Notes: a model not told the origin generated them from the sequence alone. Numbered from the stretch's first letter, positions 37,931-52,770 are shown. The stretch: 64,000 bases of DNA from Heterodontus francisci (GCF_036365525.1 NC_090406.1:12824254-12888253), one strand, 5' to 3'. Translations and numbers: made by a program.

Positions 37931-38964
37931 AAACTGGGGCACTTCGGTGATGGAGCTCGAAGGAAGCAAGGTAAGACTGCTCACTTGCCTAAACCTGTCT
38001 TGTATATTTCTTTTGTGGTGCATATAAACTCTTCTGTTAATACAATAAAATATTGGAACTGCACAACGTGTCCATCAGTATAACTAAAAGAAAAGACAGG
38101 TTAAAGTTTCAGCCTTTGTCAGACATCCCAGGGAAATCATGCTTGAAATGACGAGTGCTGGCAGACATGCTGAGTGTCTCCAGCTCTTACTGTTTCTATT
38201 TCAATTTTCTGTGATTTCCTTTTTCCTGTTCATGCACAATGGTCGTCAGGAAGCAGTCCCTGCCGTTTTGCTTCAAAGAGACACCAGGGATTTCCAAAGC
38301 TCCATTAATTCCAGTTAATGTGCTGGATACTGGTTAAATCCCTTGGGATCCAGTTGTTCCTCACTGAGTTTCAATGCGTCAAACCATTCTTTGGTCTGAT
38401 TCAATAGCCAGGACAGAGGAACTCAGCCAACTTTGCTGCGTTAAAAAAACACTATTTTTGTGATTTAGTTTACAATTTCCATACTAAATGTGTAAAGGTA
38501 TATTCAACAATTTTACTTTAATGTCCCCAATAAAAGATATACACAACACTTTTTATGGCGAAATCTAATTTAACGCTCTGTGAGCGTTAAACTTGAACAA
38601 GTTACTCCACCATTTAAAAGGAGGCTTCAATCCACAGACGCATTTTCCAGTAGGATTTATCAGGAGCACAAAGGATTTATATTCTCCCGAGACCAGAGGT
38701 GCTGAGGCCAAATGTAGCAGCTCTCCTGCCTAAGGCTAGCTAACTCATTGCAATCTAGGGATCAAATCTAAGACCTTCCTTGTCTGTATTGCTCAGTATT
38801 GCATTAAGTAATATACCTACCAAAAAATCCATCATGGCTTTAATTTTGTTTCGTTGTTCTCATATCAGGTTTGTGTGATACGAGTGTTTCCACAATGTTT
38901 TACAACTTGCTTCCATTTTAATAAAATGTACATAAATCTGCAAAATATTAAAAACCTTACCTGT

Positions 38965-39062
38965 ATGCACATTTCCCATCCACTTTTCCCATTCACTTCC
39001 TGTCAGCTTTTCCCATTCACTTTGTCCACATTTCCCATTCAATCCTGTCCACTTTCTCCTGT
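38965..39062. repeat. Imperfect pyrimidine-rich tandem repeat (TTTCCCATTCAC-like)
   Basis: About four to five degenerate copies read directly. Confidence 0.6.
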
Positions 39063-42000
39063 AAAAATCCTTACGTTCGCATTTATAATGGAAACTGCCA
39101 ATGTAAACTTGTCGGACTGCGGAGAGAGAGGCTTGGTGCCAAAGCAAGAAGCCCAAGGATTAATAGAAATTGGTCCTCAGGCTTTACCTGCATACTCATG
39201 GTGAGTGCTGGCATTTGTCTCACCTCCACAGGTATCTCGCCGCAAGGGAGAAACCAATTTCAAGCTGACTGCCCACCGACAGCTGCCCCCTGGTAAGTCC
39301 AGGGAGGGGGCTTGGTGAGGGATATGGGAGCGGGTGCAGTTCGGGTACCACTCCTGCTTCTCTTAGTTCCTTTGTAAGACATTGAATGATTGATAACATC
39401 TTTGGTTGGCAGCCATGAGGAGCCACTGAAGAATCCTGAGCTGAACAACTCCTGACTCCTACCCTGAGAGGGATCCTTTAATTAGTGCTAGATGCTAATT
39501 TACATATTCAAGGGGCCTCACATCTGTTTTGAGGATGCCTAAAAAATGTCCATGCTATTGATAAATTGGTATGTTTTGCATCCAAATTCACACTTGAAAA
39601 GTGGGGGCAATGCATACCAATTTCTACCCTTGCACTGTGGTGCCCCCACTGGCAGAAAGGTGCAATCACAGTGTTACAAGTTTACATAGACAGTTTCCAT
39701 TAAAACTGTTATCATAAGAATTGATAATAGAAATGTATACAAGAGAAAGATTTCATAGTTTTAAAATAGGGTCTGAATAATGTACCCTGGCAAAGTTATA
39801 CCCTGGCCTTCCAACACCTCTACCTGAACACTATTCTGGATCTTGACTGTCATGTGCAATGCCATGGGAGGGTGAGTATTATTATTTAAATATATTACTG
39901 ATGTGGTTATCTGTGACAGATATGCTGTTGTTGCCTCAGCTCTTTTCATTTGATTTTATATTAGTGTGAAGAAAGATTTAATTTACCTGACAACCTTTCA
40001 GCGTTGATTTTTGAAAGACATTTTTAATCTGCAGTCCTTTCTTCTGCTGTCAGAAGCATTTGATGTCTTGTGCCTTGCATTCAGCTCCCAAAACAATCAG
40101 AGCAGACTCCTTTCACAGAGATTGAGTCAGATGCTGATTCTGATAATTACACTGGCTGGGGAGGGAAACCGAATCAGATGCGGAAAGGACTCTGCAGAAT
40201 AAGGGCAAATAAAAGGTTGGACGTTTTAACATAACAGCCGTGAGATTAAAATCAATAGCTTGGCTATTCCAAATTGCCCAAGGAGTAGCTGGCACGTACA
40301 CACCAGGAAGGCCCCCAACTCAACCCCTGGTTCATGCTACTCCCACCCAGCTGGGCAGTAGAGCTATTATAATCAGCCTGAGTGTCTCTGGGTTAGGGAC
40401 AGGGGTGAAATCAGGTCATGGTTCACCCTCTTGGTCACCATTCAGTGTAACCCTGTTGGAAATGTGCCTGTGCAGATGTTGGATGTGATATTGGGTTTGG
40501 CTGTGATTTCACCCGCACCTCTCGCGCGGCTCATTGTCAAAGCTCATACATGCATAACGGCCATTTGGGTCAGATAATGCTCCTATGAAGCATTTTGGCA
40601 TGTTCTATTACGTTACAGGAGCTATATAAATACAAATTGTTGTAGTTGTTCAGATAATGGAGGCCACCCAAGACTTCTGGAAAGGCGAGTTGGTCAAAGC
40701 TTTCAGGAATGAAGAAGAGGGATGAAAACTGTTGAGAATAACCTGCTCTCCAAATAAGCACTCCTCGTCTTAGTTGCTGCTTTTAAAATAGCTGTAACCT
40801 GGGACTGGGTGGAAAGGTGCACCGTTGCAGAGGGAGCCACAGTGTTGTTGTGACAGAGGGAGGTTGAGCCACAGCAGTGAAAGCTGGCTTTGTGCACAGC
40901 ATGACTGTACAAAGCACATTCTATGAATCCCCTGTGTGTGTCTTATTGCAATTTATTGCTCCCAGTCATCTTCTCTCCCTCCGCTGACAGAGTTTAATCG
41001 GTTCAGAGGAGACAATGCAAGTGAATTTTTTAAAAGATTTAATTTGGAAGGAAAGACAGAGCAGAAAATATGAATAAAGTGAAGGAAATGCTTTATGCTT
41101 TTGAGCATAATTTCGGTTTGTGAATCAGTATTAGATTCCCGAATAACAGATTTTCTCCTTTGTTGGTTAAACATTACATACCGTAAATCACATGGTTTCT
41201 GTTGCCATGGTATCTTGTAACTTACAACCCTGCTGAGACCAGCTGACAACAGGGGATTCCTAATTTATAATAGTTTGTGTGTAATATATTCCAGTAATAT
41301 CATAAAGGAAAGATGTACATTGATATAAAATACCTTATTATATACATCAGAAACACCTCCAAGAGCCTCAGACTTTGGAGGTGGTGTAACTGTTACTACA
41401 CATAGTATATGGCAGCTGAGCTACACACAGCAAGATCCCACAAATGGCAGTGAGATGAGTGACTGGTTAATATATTTTTTGGTGATCTTGATTGCTGAAG
41501 GAATGTTGGGCAAGGAACCGCCCAGATCTGCTTAGAGGTAGTGAGATGAGAGGGTGTATTTTAACTGTCGGATGGCCAGCAGGCAGATGGAAGGGGGAGT
41601 GGGGGGCAGTGGCCTGATTCCTCAGGCTGGAGTCCTGCTCCATCTCTAGGACCAGGCTGAATTACCCGGAGTTGGCATAATATCCGATAGGCTGATCCAG
41701 CTTGACAAGAAGGTCGGTCCCCGAGATGTGGATGTTATCACGGGAAGTGGAGAAGAGAACGATCCAGAGTGACAGTGGCCTGCATTATCCTTGTGAAGCC
41801 TCGTCCTCCAGCCTCCATACTTCTTTTCGCCCTGTTCTGCTGTACAACTGGGCATTACCGAATCTAGTGTCCATGAAACACGCTTCACCCAGTCGGCCAT
41901 TAAAAATGCAAAGGTGTCCAATCTACATTACAGGATTCCGATTTGCACAAATGAATTGATTCAGGTGGGTGAATGGAACCTGGAAGGGGGCGGTAAACTC

Positions 42001-43357
42001 TCACCTCCATTTTAACTCTACGACTGAACTGCTTTGCCAGGTGGAAGGAGTTAATGTATCTCCTGTGATCTTATTAATGGAGCTACATGTTTTATTCAAT
42101 TCTCTTTTCTCCAACAAGAAAGAAAATGACAGGAAAAAAAGAGGGATAGGAAAAATTAAAGCAAGGACAATGACAGAGAGTACAAAAAAATGGCTTTTTT
42201 TGAGCATTTGTCAATGCGCCTCATATACAAGGGGTTATCTACAACACCATCTGCATTGGGTTCCCAAAGTTGGTTGGAGCTGCAGGTTTCATCACATGAT
42301 CTCCAATCTTCAACCACCCCGACTGGAAAAATACACATTATTTTAATGCTTCTATGACTTTTTTCCTCCTGGAGACTGATGTGTAATTCCTGAAGACTCC
42401 AGGGCAATCCAGTGAGGGTTGGTAGCCCTACATCCACATTGCATGCAGGAAGCTGTGCTCATAGGATATGCAGGTCAATCGGGTCTATAGCATTGTGTCT
42501 GTGTCTTTCACTCACGTCCCCATAGCTTAGCCACTGGGAACGTGAATATCAGAATTACACTGACAAAGGATGACTTTGGACTACAGAGACAATTCTATCA
42601 TGGAAAGACAGGCTTCATTTGAATCGTTTTCTCAATTAATAACGAGACACGTCCATAAAAATGCCACCGGATGTTATTTTGTTCCCTTCCTTCTGACAAG
42701 CTTGATGTTTTATAGATCCCCTGGCAAAGATATTCTGAATACTTACAGATGAATATAAAAAAACTGATTAAATCTTTGATACCTGAGTTTGGAATTGTGT
42801 GGATGTGGATTTTTTAATATACATGAAATATGGGTTAGCGCAGATCTCAGAATCAGTTTAAAAAAACATGAAAAATGCAATAAAATGTTTAATTGTTAGA
42901 AAGCAAAATCCCCTCTGCCTCTTTCAAAAATATGCACAATATATTACAAAGAAGAAGGCCCCCATTTCCTTCTCAGGACAGCTAAGCGTGGGCAATGCTA
43001 GCCCTGCCAGTGACACATCCCGTGAATGAACAAATAATAATTAAACACAAATATCACCTGTTATGTGATTTGCCATTACTTCTACATGCTGAGGATTGCG
43101 AACAGGATCCAAATGCACAGAACCAAAGATTCCTTCATAAGCAATCCTAGCCCTGAAATGAGGCCATAATATTCCAGGGTGTGAATGCTTTAGTCTGAAA
43201 CACTTTTCTGCTACGTTAGCGCAGGCACTAACCCATTTATTTTTGAACAGGTTGACACTTCCACTAATGCACTAAAATAGTGGAGGGGAGAATTTCAACG
43301 AATGTGTTACGCTCTTGGGGCCCTTGTATTGTTAACGGAGTGAGTATTGACACTGTT

Positions 43358-44001
43358 GGGCTGGATTTTCGGCCCCCTTCTGAGCCGGGATCAGAGACGG
43401 ATGGGAGCTAAAAGTAGCAAGTTTTGTGAGGCGGGATCAGGAGCTGGCAGGGCTACCGACTCGCATGTGGCGAGTAGCTGATCAAGCTCATTAAGAGCCT
43501 AATTGAGGCCAATTAAAGGAAGATGACTGGAATTTTTCAGTCAGCCTCCAGCTTTCCGCAGCAGTGCAGGCCAGTTTAGGTGTCTGGAGGTGGGCATCTG
43601 GCAGCAGGCTGGGGGTCCAGTGCTCCAGACAGGCCTACAGGCCCTGCCATAGATCACCCTGTAGAAGGGCTCTCCCCCCACTATGGTGGTCTGGCTGTTG
43701 AATCTATTATTTAATTATAGATTTAAAAATGTTCGAGAGAGAGGGTGCCTCCATTTTGAAGCACCCTCTCTCTTACTTACCTTCCATTGCAGCCTGCTGC
43801 TTCTTTCAAGCTGGAAGGCCTCTGATTGGCTCTCCAGCTTTGAAAGCCCACCCACCATCTTTAATTAGATGGAGGAGAACCTGTCTCCATGCCAATTAAG
43901 GGGGCACCACTTTGAAATTCCCAATTAGTGACTAGGGCAGGTTCGGGGTGAGGAAACAGTTCGGACCTCTGCTTCCTGTACTCCGAGGGAAAATCTAGCC
44001 C
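43358..44001. mobile_element. MITE (Harbinger-like TIRs)
   Basis: TIR GGGCTGGATTTTC / GAAAATCTAGCCC (12 of 13 match); interior resembles 49405-50013 and 57341-58032; TSD not intact. Confidence 0.7.
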
Positions 44002-44899
44002 ATGAGTTGGAAGTGGTCTGGGACTTACAGCAAATGGAGTCTATTTACTCAGCAAACAGCAAACAGAGTCTAGTTAAACACTAAACACAGCGTGTTGAAA
44101 CAAAGTCTCTACGAACTACAGCAAACAGAACTCATGACTGAAACTACAGCAGAGACTCCTGATAAAAGCAGAGTTATTTTTCCAGCAAAATACAGCGAGT
44201 GGAGGATAGTTACAAAATACAGACTTTTATACGTAAAATCAATCACAGTCACAGCAGCGTGGTTTCCATGCATGGTTGACAGGAGAATTACCCAATAAAC
44301 TCCATTCTGGCCAGGACTTGTGATCTCACAAAAGGAAGCCTGTAATTAATTCTTAAACATCTTATTTTAGGGCAAATACTATTTTGGCTACCTGGTGTCA
44401 GTAGGATGTTATGACATAGAGTAAAGCTCCATCTACTTTTCATCGACAACCTATCTCAGTGTCGTTCTATGTGACGTTTTTCCATTTCCTGCGCTAGCCA
44501 TCCTGATCTCACTGACTGAGATGACCAATTTTGTGCTATTGGCTCATTCATATTAGGAACTGCCCAAATTAATTTCAAGTAGGATCTTCGTGCCCAGCTG
44601 ACGGAGAAGGTTTGAAACCAGGCAATTGTATAATACACTCCTCTATCTTGTTGAGTGCTTTACATTTTTAATGAGTCTTGTACTTAGAGCAGAGAGCGGA
44701 AAAACATCAGCATCAGCACTAATTACATTGTAATAAACATTACTACTTCCTCTCTGATCCATCCAGTAGAAATATAACAGTCATTATTCAATTGTGGTTT
44801 ATTTAATCAGTGAAGTTTCTAGGTCAGGCTTAGAATTATAGGTAACTATACTGTGTAAAAGAATAACAGGCTGCGATCTTAAGTCATGCACACCTGTTA

Positions 44900-45345
44900 A
44901 CTATGGCTCAGTAGAAGGAATCTCCCCTCTGACACATAAGATTTGGATTCCAGTCCCACTCTAGAGACTTGAACACATAATCTAGGCTGACATTCCAGTG
45001 AAGTATTGAGGGAGTGCTGTGCTATTGGAGGTGCCATTTTTTTTGACAAGATACTAAATCAAGGCTCTCTCAGGTGAATGTAAAAGATCCCATGGCACTA
45101 TTTCAAAGAAGAGCAGGGGAATTCTCCCCACTATCCTGGTCAAAATTTATCCCTCAATCAACATTACGAAAACGGATTATCTATTTGGTCATTTATCTTA
45201 TTGCTGTTTGTGGGACCTTGCTGTGTGCAAATTGGTTGCCGCGTTTCCAACAGTGACTACACTTCAAAAGTACTTAATTGGGTGTAAAGCACTTTGGGAT
45301 GTCCTGAGGTCGTGGAAGGCGCTATATAAATGCAAGCCTTTCTTC
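44900..45345 (+). mobile_element. Deu-domain SINE, near full length
   Basis: tRNA-like head, Deu core (tttatccctcaatcaac...ttgctgtttgtggga..ttgctgtgtgcaaattgg), L2-like tail ggcgctatataaatgcaag. Confidence 0.85.
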
Positions 45346-45894
45346 TTATTTCTTTTTACCGAGGGGGACTTTCTAGTTCAATTCTTGGTCTGTGCTGAAT
45401 GCAGCCAGGCCAGTGGTGGGAGCATTACAGTTTGCCTCAGTGCCGCTAGGCTAGTCAGGAAAGAACGAACAATCTGGGTTCCTGTGTCTGATGGCCAACC
45501 AGTGACTCTTGCTGGAATGTGGTCATATGACCACGTTTGTTCAGAAATCATCACCCTGGCATGCAAACGAGACCTGGGACATGAACTACCCTGACCTCAC
45601 ACTGTGGTGGGGTTTCCTTTCACCTCCACACCTGCCCAGTTCCCATCTCCGAGTTAAAATCGGGGCTTTAAAGTTGTGTGGGATTTTCGGAACCATGCGC
45701 ACGTGGCTGCTTCAGTCTTGTTGCCGGTTCTCAGAATCTGCCCACAGCCTCACCACATCTCAGAGTCACTGCCTCTAAAAGACATTTCACAGCTGAAAGC
45801 TCCAGGAATGCCTCATAACAGTTCGATAGTAGAAAACAGCAGTCAACATTTACTCAGCATTCGACACTCAGAAACTGAAGAAGTGCGTTTCATT

Positions 45895-46567
45895 GGGCTG
45901 AATTTTACTAGCACGCCGCAAATTGCACTGGCGCCTTGATCTCAGCGGTCCGCCAGCGTGAGGCGGCCGTCGCTGAGCCCCTGCGATTTTTCGCGCAGGC
46001 GCCGGCGCCCTTTTTAAAGGACATCAAGCCCTTAGAAGAAATTTGAATTTTAAAGGCGCAGTGTTTAACATTGTCATTAAAAAATTAAATAAAAGCTGGT
46101 GGCCCTTTCCCACCCCCCCCACCACCACCACCACCTGCCCTCCTCCCAACTGCCAAAGTTTGTTTTTGGGCCTATCGGTCCAAAATTAACTATTACTTTT
46201 ATTCCCAACCCAAACTTACCTCCCAACCTCATTACCTTTGCCCTTCAACCCCTTCCCACCATCCCCACAGCCAATACAAAGTGTTTTCGCCGATTCCCCT
46301 CTCCCGCCCTGATAATTTCACTCCTCCCTCCTCCCCACCAGTGTCACTGGAGTTCCAGCCGGTGGCCGGAATATCGGTGTGGGACACCGGGACAAGGTAA
46401 GTTGATTTGCATTAATTTCAATTTATCTTAATGTTAAAATGAAGGCCCTGCCGCCAAGCAGCGGGGAGGGGGAGCCGCACTGAGGCCTTGCCGCCGCCGG
46501 TAAAATCTCCCGTCACACCCACCCCCGCCATGACCCCCAACATCGGAGGGCTAGTAAAATTCAGCCC
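45895..46567. mobile_element. MITE, PIF/Harbinger-like
   Basis: Perfect 18-bp TIR GGGCTGAATTTTACTAGC; 3-bp TSD ATT on both sides. Confidence 0.88.
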
Positions 46568-47490
46568 ATTGTCTTTGAGCTTCAAGGCTCACACTACCTT
46601 CCAATTAACGCCATATTCCAATGCTTTAGGTTTCTGAAACAGTTTCCACTACTATTTCTACAGTTTTGTTTTCTACATTCCTATATTTTTGAAGATTTCA
46701 GATAGTTATCTCAAAGAGATGAATTTGATTCTCCGACTTGCTCACTGGCCAATGTGATGGTGAGCGATACAGACTAGGAGGTTAGGCCCGTGTTGAATTA
46801 GCTGACCTCCGCTGAGGTTGGTAGTAGGGACGCTACACTTGCCCTCAGTGGCCCTTGTGTGGGCAGGGGCAAAATAAATCAACCAAGTTGTTTGCTGTTG
46901 GGATGCATCCTGAGAGAATTCCAAGAGTTTTATGATGTGTTTATATTGCATCTAAAGGAAGTAAGTCTGGGACGTGATGAGCCTGTGGGAAGATTCTGAG
47001 CATCGGCTGTTACGCAACTCTGGCTAAAAAGTGTGAGGGTGGGGTCTTAGAGTGAAGACAAGGTCACAATCAGTTGCCTAGTTTGCTGGCAACTGGGGAG
47101 GTTGAATTTCCAAGGGGTTTTCCCGGTGTTACTTTGGTGGAAAGCCTGGAATAACAATGTTTATCCTGGGGTTTTGGCGGCTGTTCCGTCAGAGTTATGT
47201 CAAAGAACACCCCCACCTTCCAGACATCTATGTGTTTTTCCTGCTGCCACGTGAATAATGACCACTTGAATAAGATACTTTAAGGTGGAAGCATAGGCCA
47301 ATAAGAGGAGAGGAAGGGAGGACATTGATAAGGCCCATCAGCTACAAGCATCTTGAAGTCCATTCCTACCCGGGATCTGAAACTATTTTCCAATTATCCA
47401 TTGATATAAGTTGCTAAAGTCATTATGTTGTCTATTAATGGGAAAAAATATGTTAGAACTGAATGGAATGTGCAAATAATGAAATTACAA

Positions 47491-49225
47491 TGAATTGAAC
47501 AGGTATTTTGCATCGGTCTTCACTATAGATGATACAAGGAACATCCCAGAATTAGCTGAAAGTCAGGAAATGGAAGGGAGGGGGGAACTCAAGAAAATTA
47601 CAATCACCAGGGAAGTGGTACTGAACAAATTATTGGAGCTGCGGGCTGATAAGTCCCCAGATCCCGATGGACATCATCCTAGGGTCTTAAAAGAAGTGGC
47701 TAGTGAGATAGTTGATGCGTTACTTTTAATTTTCCAAAATTCCCGAGATTCAGGGAAGGTTCCGCTAGACTGGAAAATAGCAAATGTAACTCCTTTATTC
47801 CAAAAGGGAGGGAGACCGAAAGCAGGAAGCTACAGGCCAGTTAGCTTAACATCTGTCTTAGGGAAAATGTTAGAAGCTATTATTAAAGACTATTCTATTA
47901 TAGCAGGGTACTTAGAAAAATTGAAGGTAATCAGGCAGAATCAACATGGTTTTGTTAAAGGGAAATCATGTTTAACCAATTTATTGGAGTTCTTTGAGGG
48001 AGTTACATGTGCTGTGGATGAAGGGGAACCGGTGGATGTATTGTACTTAGATTTCCAGAAGGCATTTGATAAGGTGCCACATCAAAGGTTGTTGCAAAAA
48101 ATAAAAGCGCATGGTGTACGATACAACATATTGGCATGGATAGAAGATCGGCTAGCTAACAGGAAACAGAGAGTAGGCATTAATGGGTCATTTTCTGGTT
48201 GGCAAGATTTAACGAGTGGTGTGCCACAGGGATCTGTGCTGGGGCCTCAACCTTTTACAATTTATATAAATGACTTAAATGAAGGAACCGAAGGTATGTT
48301 TGCTAAATTTGCTGTGACACAAAGATAGGTAGGAAAGTAGGTTGTGAAGAGGACATAAGGGGGCTACAAAGGGATATAGGTAGGTTAGGTGGGTGGGCAA
48401 AAATCTGGCAGATGGAGTATAATATGGGAAAATGCGAAGTTGTCCATTTTGGCAGGAAGAATAACAAAGAAGCATATTATCTAAATGGTGAAAGATTGCG
48501 GAGCTCTGAGATGCAGAGGGGTCTGGATGTCCTAGTGCATGAATCACAAAAGGTTAATATGCAGGTACAGCACGTAATTAGGAAAGCTAATAGAATGTTA
48601 TTGTTTATCATGAGGGGAATTGAATACAAAAGTAGGGAGGTTATGCTTCAGCTATACAGGGCATTGGTGAGACCACATCTGGAGTACTGTGTACAGTACT
48701 GGTCCCCTTATTTAAGGAAGGATGTAAATGCGTTGGAAGTAGTACAGAGAAGGTTTACTGGACTAATACCTGGAATGCACGGGCTGTCTTATGAGGAAAG
48801 GTTGGACAGGTTAGGCTTGTATCTGCTGGAATTTAGAAGAGTAAGAGGCGACTTGATTGAAACATATAAGTTCCTGAGGGGTCTTGACAGGGTGGATGTG
48901 GAAAGGATGTTTCCCCTTGTGGGAGAATCTAGAACCAGGTGTCACTGTTTAAAAATAAGGGGTCACCCATTTAAGACAGAGATGAGGAGAAATTTTTTCT
49001 CTCAGAGGGAGGTGAGTCTTTGGAATTCTCTTCCTCAAAAGGCGGTGGAAGCAGAGTCTTTGAATATTTTTAAGGCAGAGGTAGATAGATTCTTGATAAG
49101 CAAGGGGTTATCGGGGGGTAGGTGGAAATGTGGAGAAATAAGTTCAGCCATGAACTTATTGAATGGCAGAGCAGGCTCGAGTGGCCGAGTGGCCTACTCC
49201 TGCTCCTAATTCATATGTTTGTATG
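47491..49225 (+). mobile_element. CR1 LINE, 5'-truncated, one frameshift in the RT domain
   Basis: ORFs 47495-48328 and 48412-49209 carry the CR1 RT motifs; close paralogue of 36240-37930. Confidence 0.95.
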
Positions 49226-49404
49226 TACAATTTTAGTATACATCAAGTCTGATCAAAATCTCTGCTGGTTTGGAAAAGAACTTGCCTTGGATACATGTTT
49301 AATGCACCATGTAATATTGTATCAAAAAATATGTTACACTCAAGGTCATTACTGCAACCTACAAGCATAGCCATTCACAGGAAGTGTGCGATCTAAGTAC
49401 ATAC

Positions 49405-50013
49405 GGAAGGAATTTCGCCCCTGGAGGCCGGTGGGTGCGGAAATTTGTGCTGCCAGTCAGTGTGCCAATTTCAGCACCAACCCTGCCCCATTCCCCCAGG
49501 GCCATTTTCCCAGAATCAGGATGACAGTTGGCCGCTTGCATCAGGTAGCCAATTCAGGGGCTTAAATGGCCACTTAAGGCCTATTGTCAGAGGCCAACAA
49601 GTTGCCTGGAGGTGGCCTCCTGGCAACACACCAAGGGGCCATTACTCCAGGCAGGCTTTGAGGCCTTCCCCGCGTGCCTGGCTACCGCTGCGCAATGGCA
49701 GGCTCCACAATGGTGGCCCGGCAGCTGCGGCCATTTTTTCATTCCAAACTTTTAAAAGTTGGAGATAGGGTGCCTCAAGATGGAGGTTCTCTCTGTCTCT
49801 TAACTGAAAAGGCAGGCTGCTGCTTCTGCAGTGCTGAAGGGCCTCATATTGGCCCAGCACCTTCGAGAGCCAGCCCGCCATGCTTAATTGGATGGTGAGG
49901 CCACTAATTGGCCAATTTGGGGAAAATCACCGCCGGGTGACTGTTTTCCACACACTGCAGGGTTGCGACCCCCATTTGACCCTGACGTCAGGGTCCTGAC
50001 CCAAAACCTTACC
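49405..50013. mobile_element. Degenerate MITE related to 43358-44001
   Basis: Shared interior motifs (gggtgcctc, ctgattgg/taattgg), decayed terminal repeats. Confidence 0.5.
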
Positions 50014-52159
50014 CATAGTTACAATCCATCAAATCATCTCGCAATCACTCCTGTCAGATGCAAGCAGAACATTTCTAGGCGAACTAGCTTTGGAGACAGA
50101 CGAGGGAGTCAGGTGGCTCAAAAAGCTAATTGAGCCTTTGGCATTTATATCAAGAATTCTTTGCTGGGCAGCAGCTGAAGCGATGGACCCCATGCTGTTA
50201 GACCTCTACTTAGAGCGTGTGTCGTGAGCGCAGTCTGGGATCCATGTGACGCAGGTCTTGTTAAAGTAGAAAGGTAGGCAGTAAGGTTTATTATGGCCAT
50301 TTAGTCACATCACTAAAACCTTGAGTGGAAGAAATATGCAGTTATAGCCATGTGCAATCATCCACCTTCCCAGCAGGAATCACTGGATAGTGATTTTACT
50401 ATGGTAAAATAGGCCCCCGTCTGCCTCGGCCCTCCTGTCAGGAACATTACGATAGTGGGTATGCAGCCAGACCCACCCCCTGCCATCACAACCACCCTGT
50501 CCCTCGCTGGCACTGTTCCACCATTTGGCGGGAGCTGGGTTAAAATCCACACTTACGAGTCTCAAAGAATGTAAATCAGTAATGCTCATGCAGAGAGAGC
50601 AAAATTTACTAATTTTGCTTGCTGCTTTTTTTTTTAACAAAATGGAGGATTATTGATTTAACACACTTAAAACCAAAGGATGGAAGCTTCAAAATATTTG
50701 GGCAATAAACTAAGTAATCATTAATATTTAATAGTACTGCATTGTAATTGTGACCGTAATCTGTTTGATTTATGTAAGCAAGGGAGCAGAGACACTTTAG
50801 AGGTCTGCTGGGACTAAACATGTCATTCTTGTTGCCATGGTTATGAAAATCCCATGGCAGTGAGTGAAGGTTGTAGAATTCCTGGCTGTAATTCTCTAAG
50901 ACAGAATAATTGACATTTGCTGGTGGTGGAAAGACTGTGTGGTGGAACTGATCATTAAAAGTCATTCCGTTCCATATTCTCCAACAGCAACCCAAAACTG
51001 GGGTCTGAATCAGGAATATATTAAGATTGGTTCAAAATGGAGCAAAAGCTAATCATCAAATCTTAACCAAAAGAATGACTGTTAACATCAGAAATTGGCT
51101 AATGTTTGTTCAATGAACTTGACTTATCTGCGTATGAAGAGAAGATACTCTTCATCATCCAGTCTGCATACATAAATGATGTGGTATGGGGGAGGGGAGG
51201 GTGTGTAGTCCTGTTATTTAAATTACTGTTGAAATGATTCCAAAACATGAAGGGGGAAAAGAAATCGTGCCATATTAGCATCACAAGATAGGAGTGTTTG
51301 AGGCAAGCTCTGAGAATCTGAAGTGGTAGAAAGACTGTCAGAGTTATACAGATATTTCCCCCAGAGAATCGCCATACTTTATAAGTGAAAACTTTATACT
51401 GTACAGGCACCTATGTTTTTTTTAAGTCTTTTTCTCTTCATCTCCTTTTCTCTCCTGGAGATGCAGGCTGAGGCTGTCAGTTTCTGTGCTCACCCAACCA
51501 TAGTTTTCTGCTTGTTAAAATGATCGTTTGGAAAATCAGGGGTTCAGCCTAGTGAATGGAGAAGTGGAAAGCCCCAGTCACCGACTCTCACTGGAACATG
51601 ATTCCATAGACGCTGGCCAGCCTTCAGTACCTACTTTATCCAACTGGTCATTCTTGATGAGTGAGTCTGGCCAGGTTCTTCATTCATAGTAGGGCATCAC
51701 AGCTGAAACCAAAGCTATCCTCACCAGACGCCCACTTGCACAAAGAGGGCAGGGGTTAATGGCCAGAAATAGGAAACCTGGCTTATGTTACCCCTCCCCA
51801 GTCCAACGATAATTTAGCAAGACTGGGGATTGAACTAGTGCATTTGGTTCAATGCTACACATTGAGTCCTGTCAAATTAACTAACCTTTCAACATGGATA
51901 TCATTGCACATCAGCGACACATTGACCATTGGTATTTGCCATTGACAGTCCTGGCAAAAATACTTCTGCAGAATGCATGTTATAAAAGTATAGATACCAC
52001 AGTAGTTACAAGGCGAAAGAAAGAAAGATCTGCATTTACATAGCACCTTTTAAACCTCAGGACGTCCCAAAACACTTTACAACCAATGCAGTACTTTAGA
52101 AGTGTGGGCAGTGCTGTAATGTAGGAAATGAAACTGATTTGGAGTAGCCATATAAATAC

Positions 52160-52770
52160 CATGGCTACAAGAGCAGGTCAAAATCTAGGAATCCTGCAAT
52201 GAATAACTCACCTTCTGACTCCCCAAAGCTTGTCCACCATCTACAAGGCACAAGTCAGGATAGTGATGGAATACTCTCCATTTGCCTGGATGGGTGCAGC
52301 TCCAACAACACTCAAGAGGCTCGACACCATCCAGGACAAGGCAGCCTGCTTGACTGGCAGCCCATCCACAAACATTCACTCCCTCCACCACCGATGCACA
52401 ATGGCAGCAGTGTGTACCATCTACAAGATGCACTGCAGCAACGCACCAAGGCTTCTGAGACAGCATCTTCCAAACATACAACCTCTACCACCTAGAAGGA
52501 CAAGGGAGCAGTTGCATGGGAACCCCACCACCTTCAAGTTCCCCTCCAAGCCACACACCATCCTGACTTGGAACTATATCGCCATTCCTTCACTGTCACT
52601 GGGTCAAAATCCTGGAACTCCTTTCCTAACAGCACTGTTGATGTACCCACCCCACATGGACTGCAGTGGTTCAAGAAGGCGGCTCACCACCACCTTCTCA
52701 AGGGCAATTAAGGATGGGCAATAAATGCTGTCCTAGCCAGCGATGCCCACATCCCATGAATGAATTTTTT
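52160..52770 (+). mobile_element. CR1/L2-superclade LINE 3' end
   Basis: STIYKAQVRIVMEYSPFAWMGAAPTTLKRLDTIQDKAA; other copies at 7.1 (+), 58.56-58.86 (-) and 62.86-63.19 kb (-). Confidence 0.82.
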
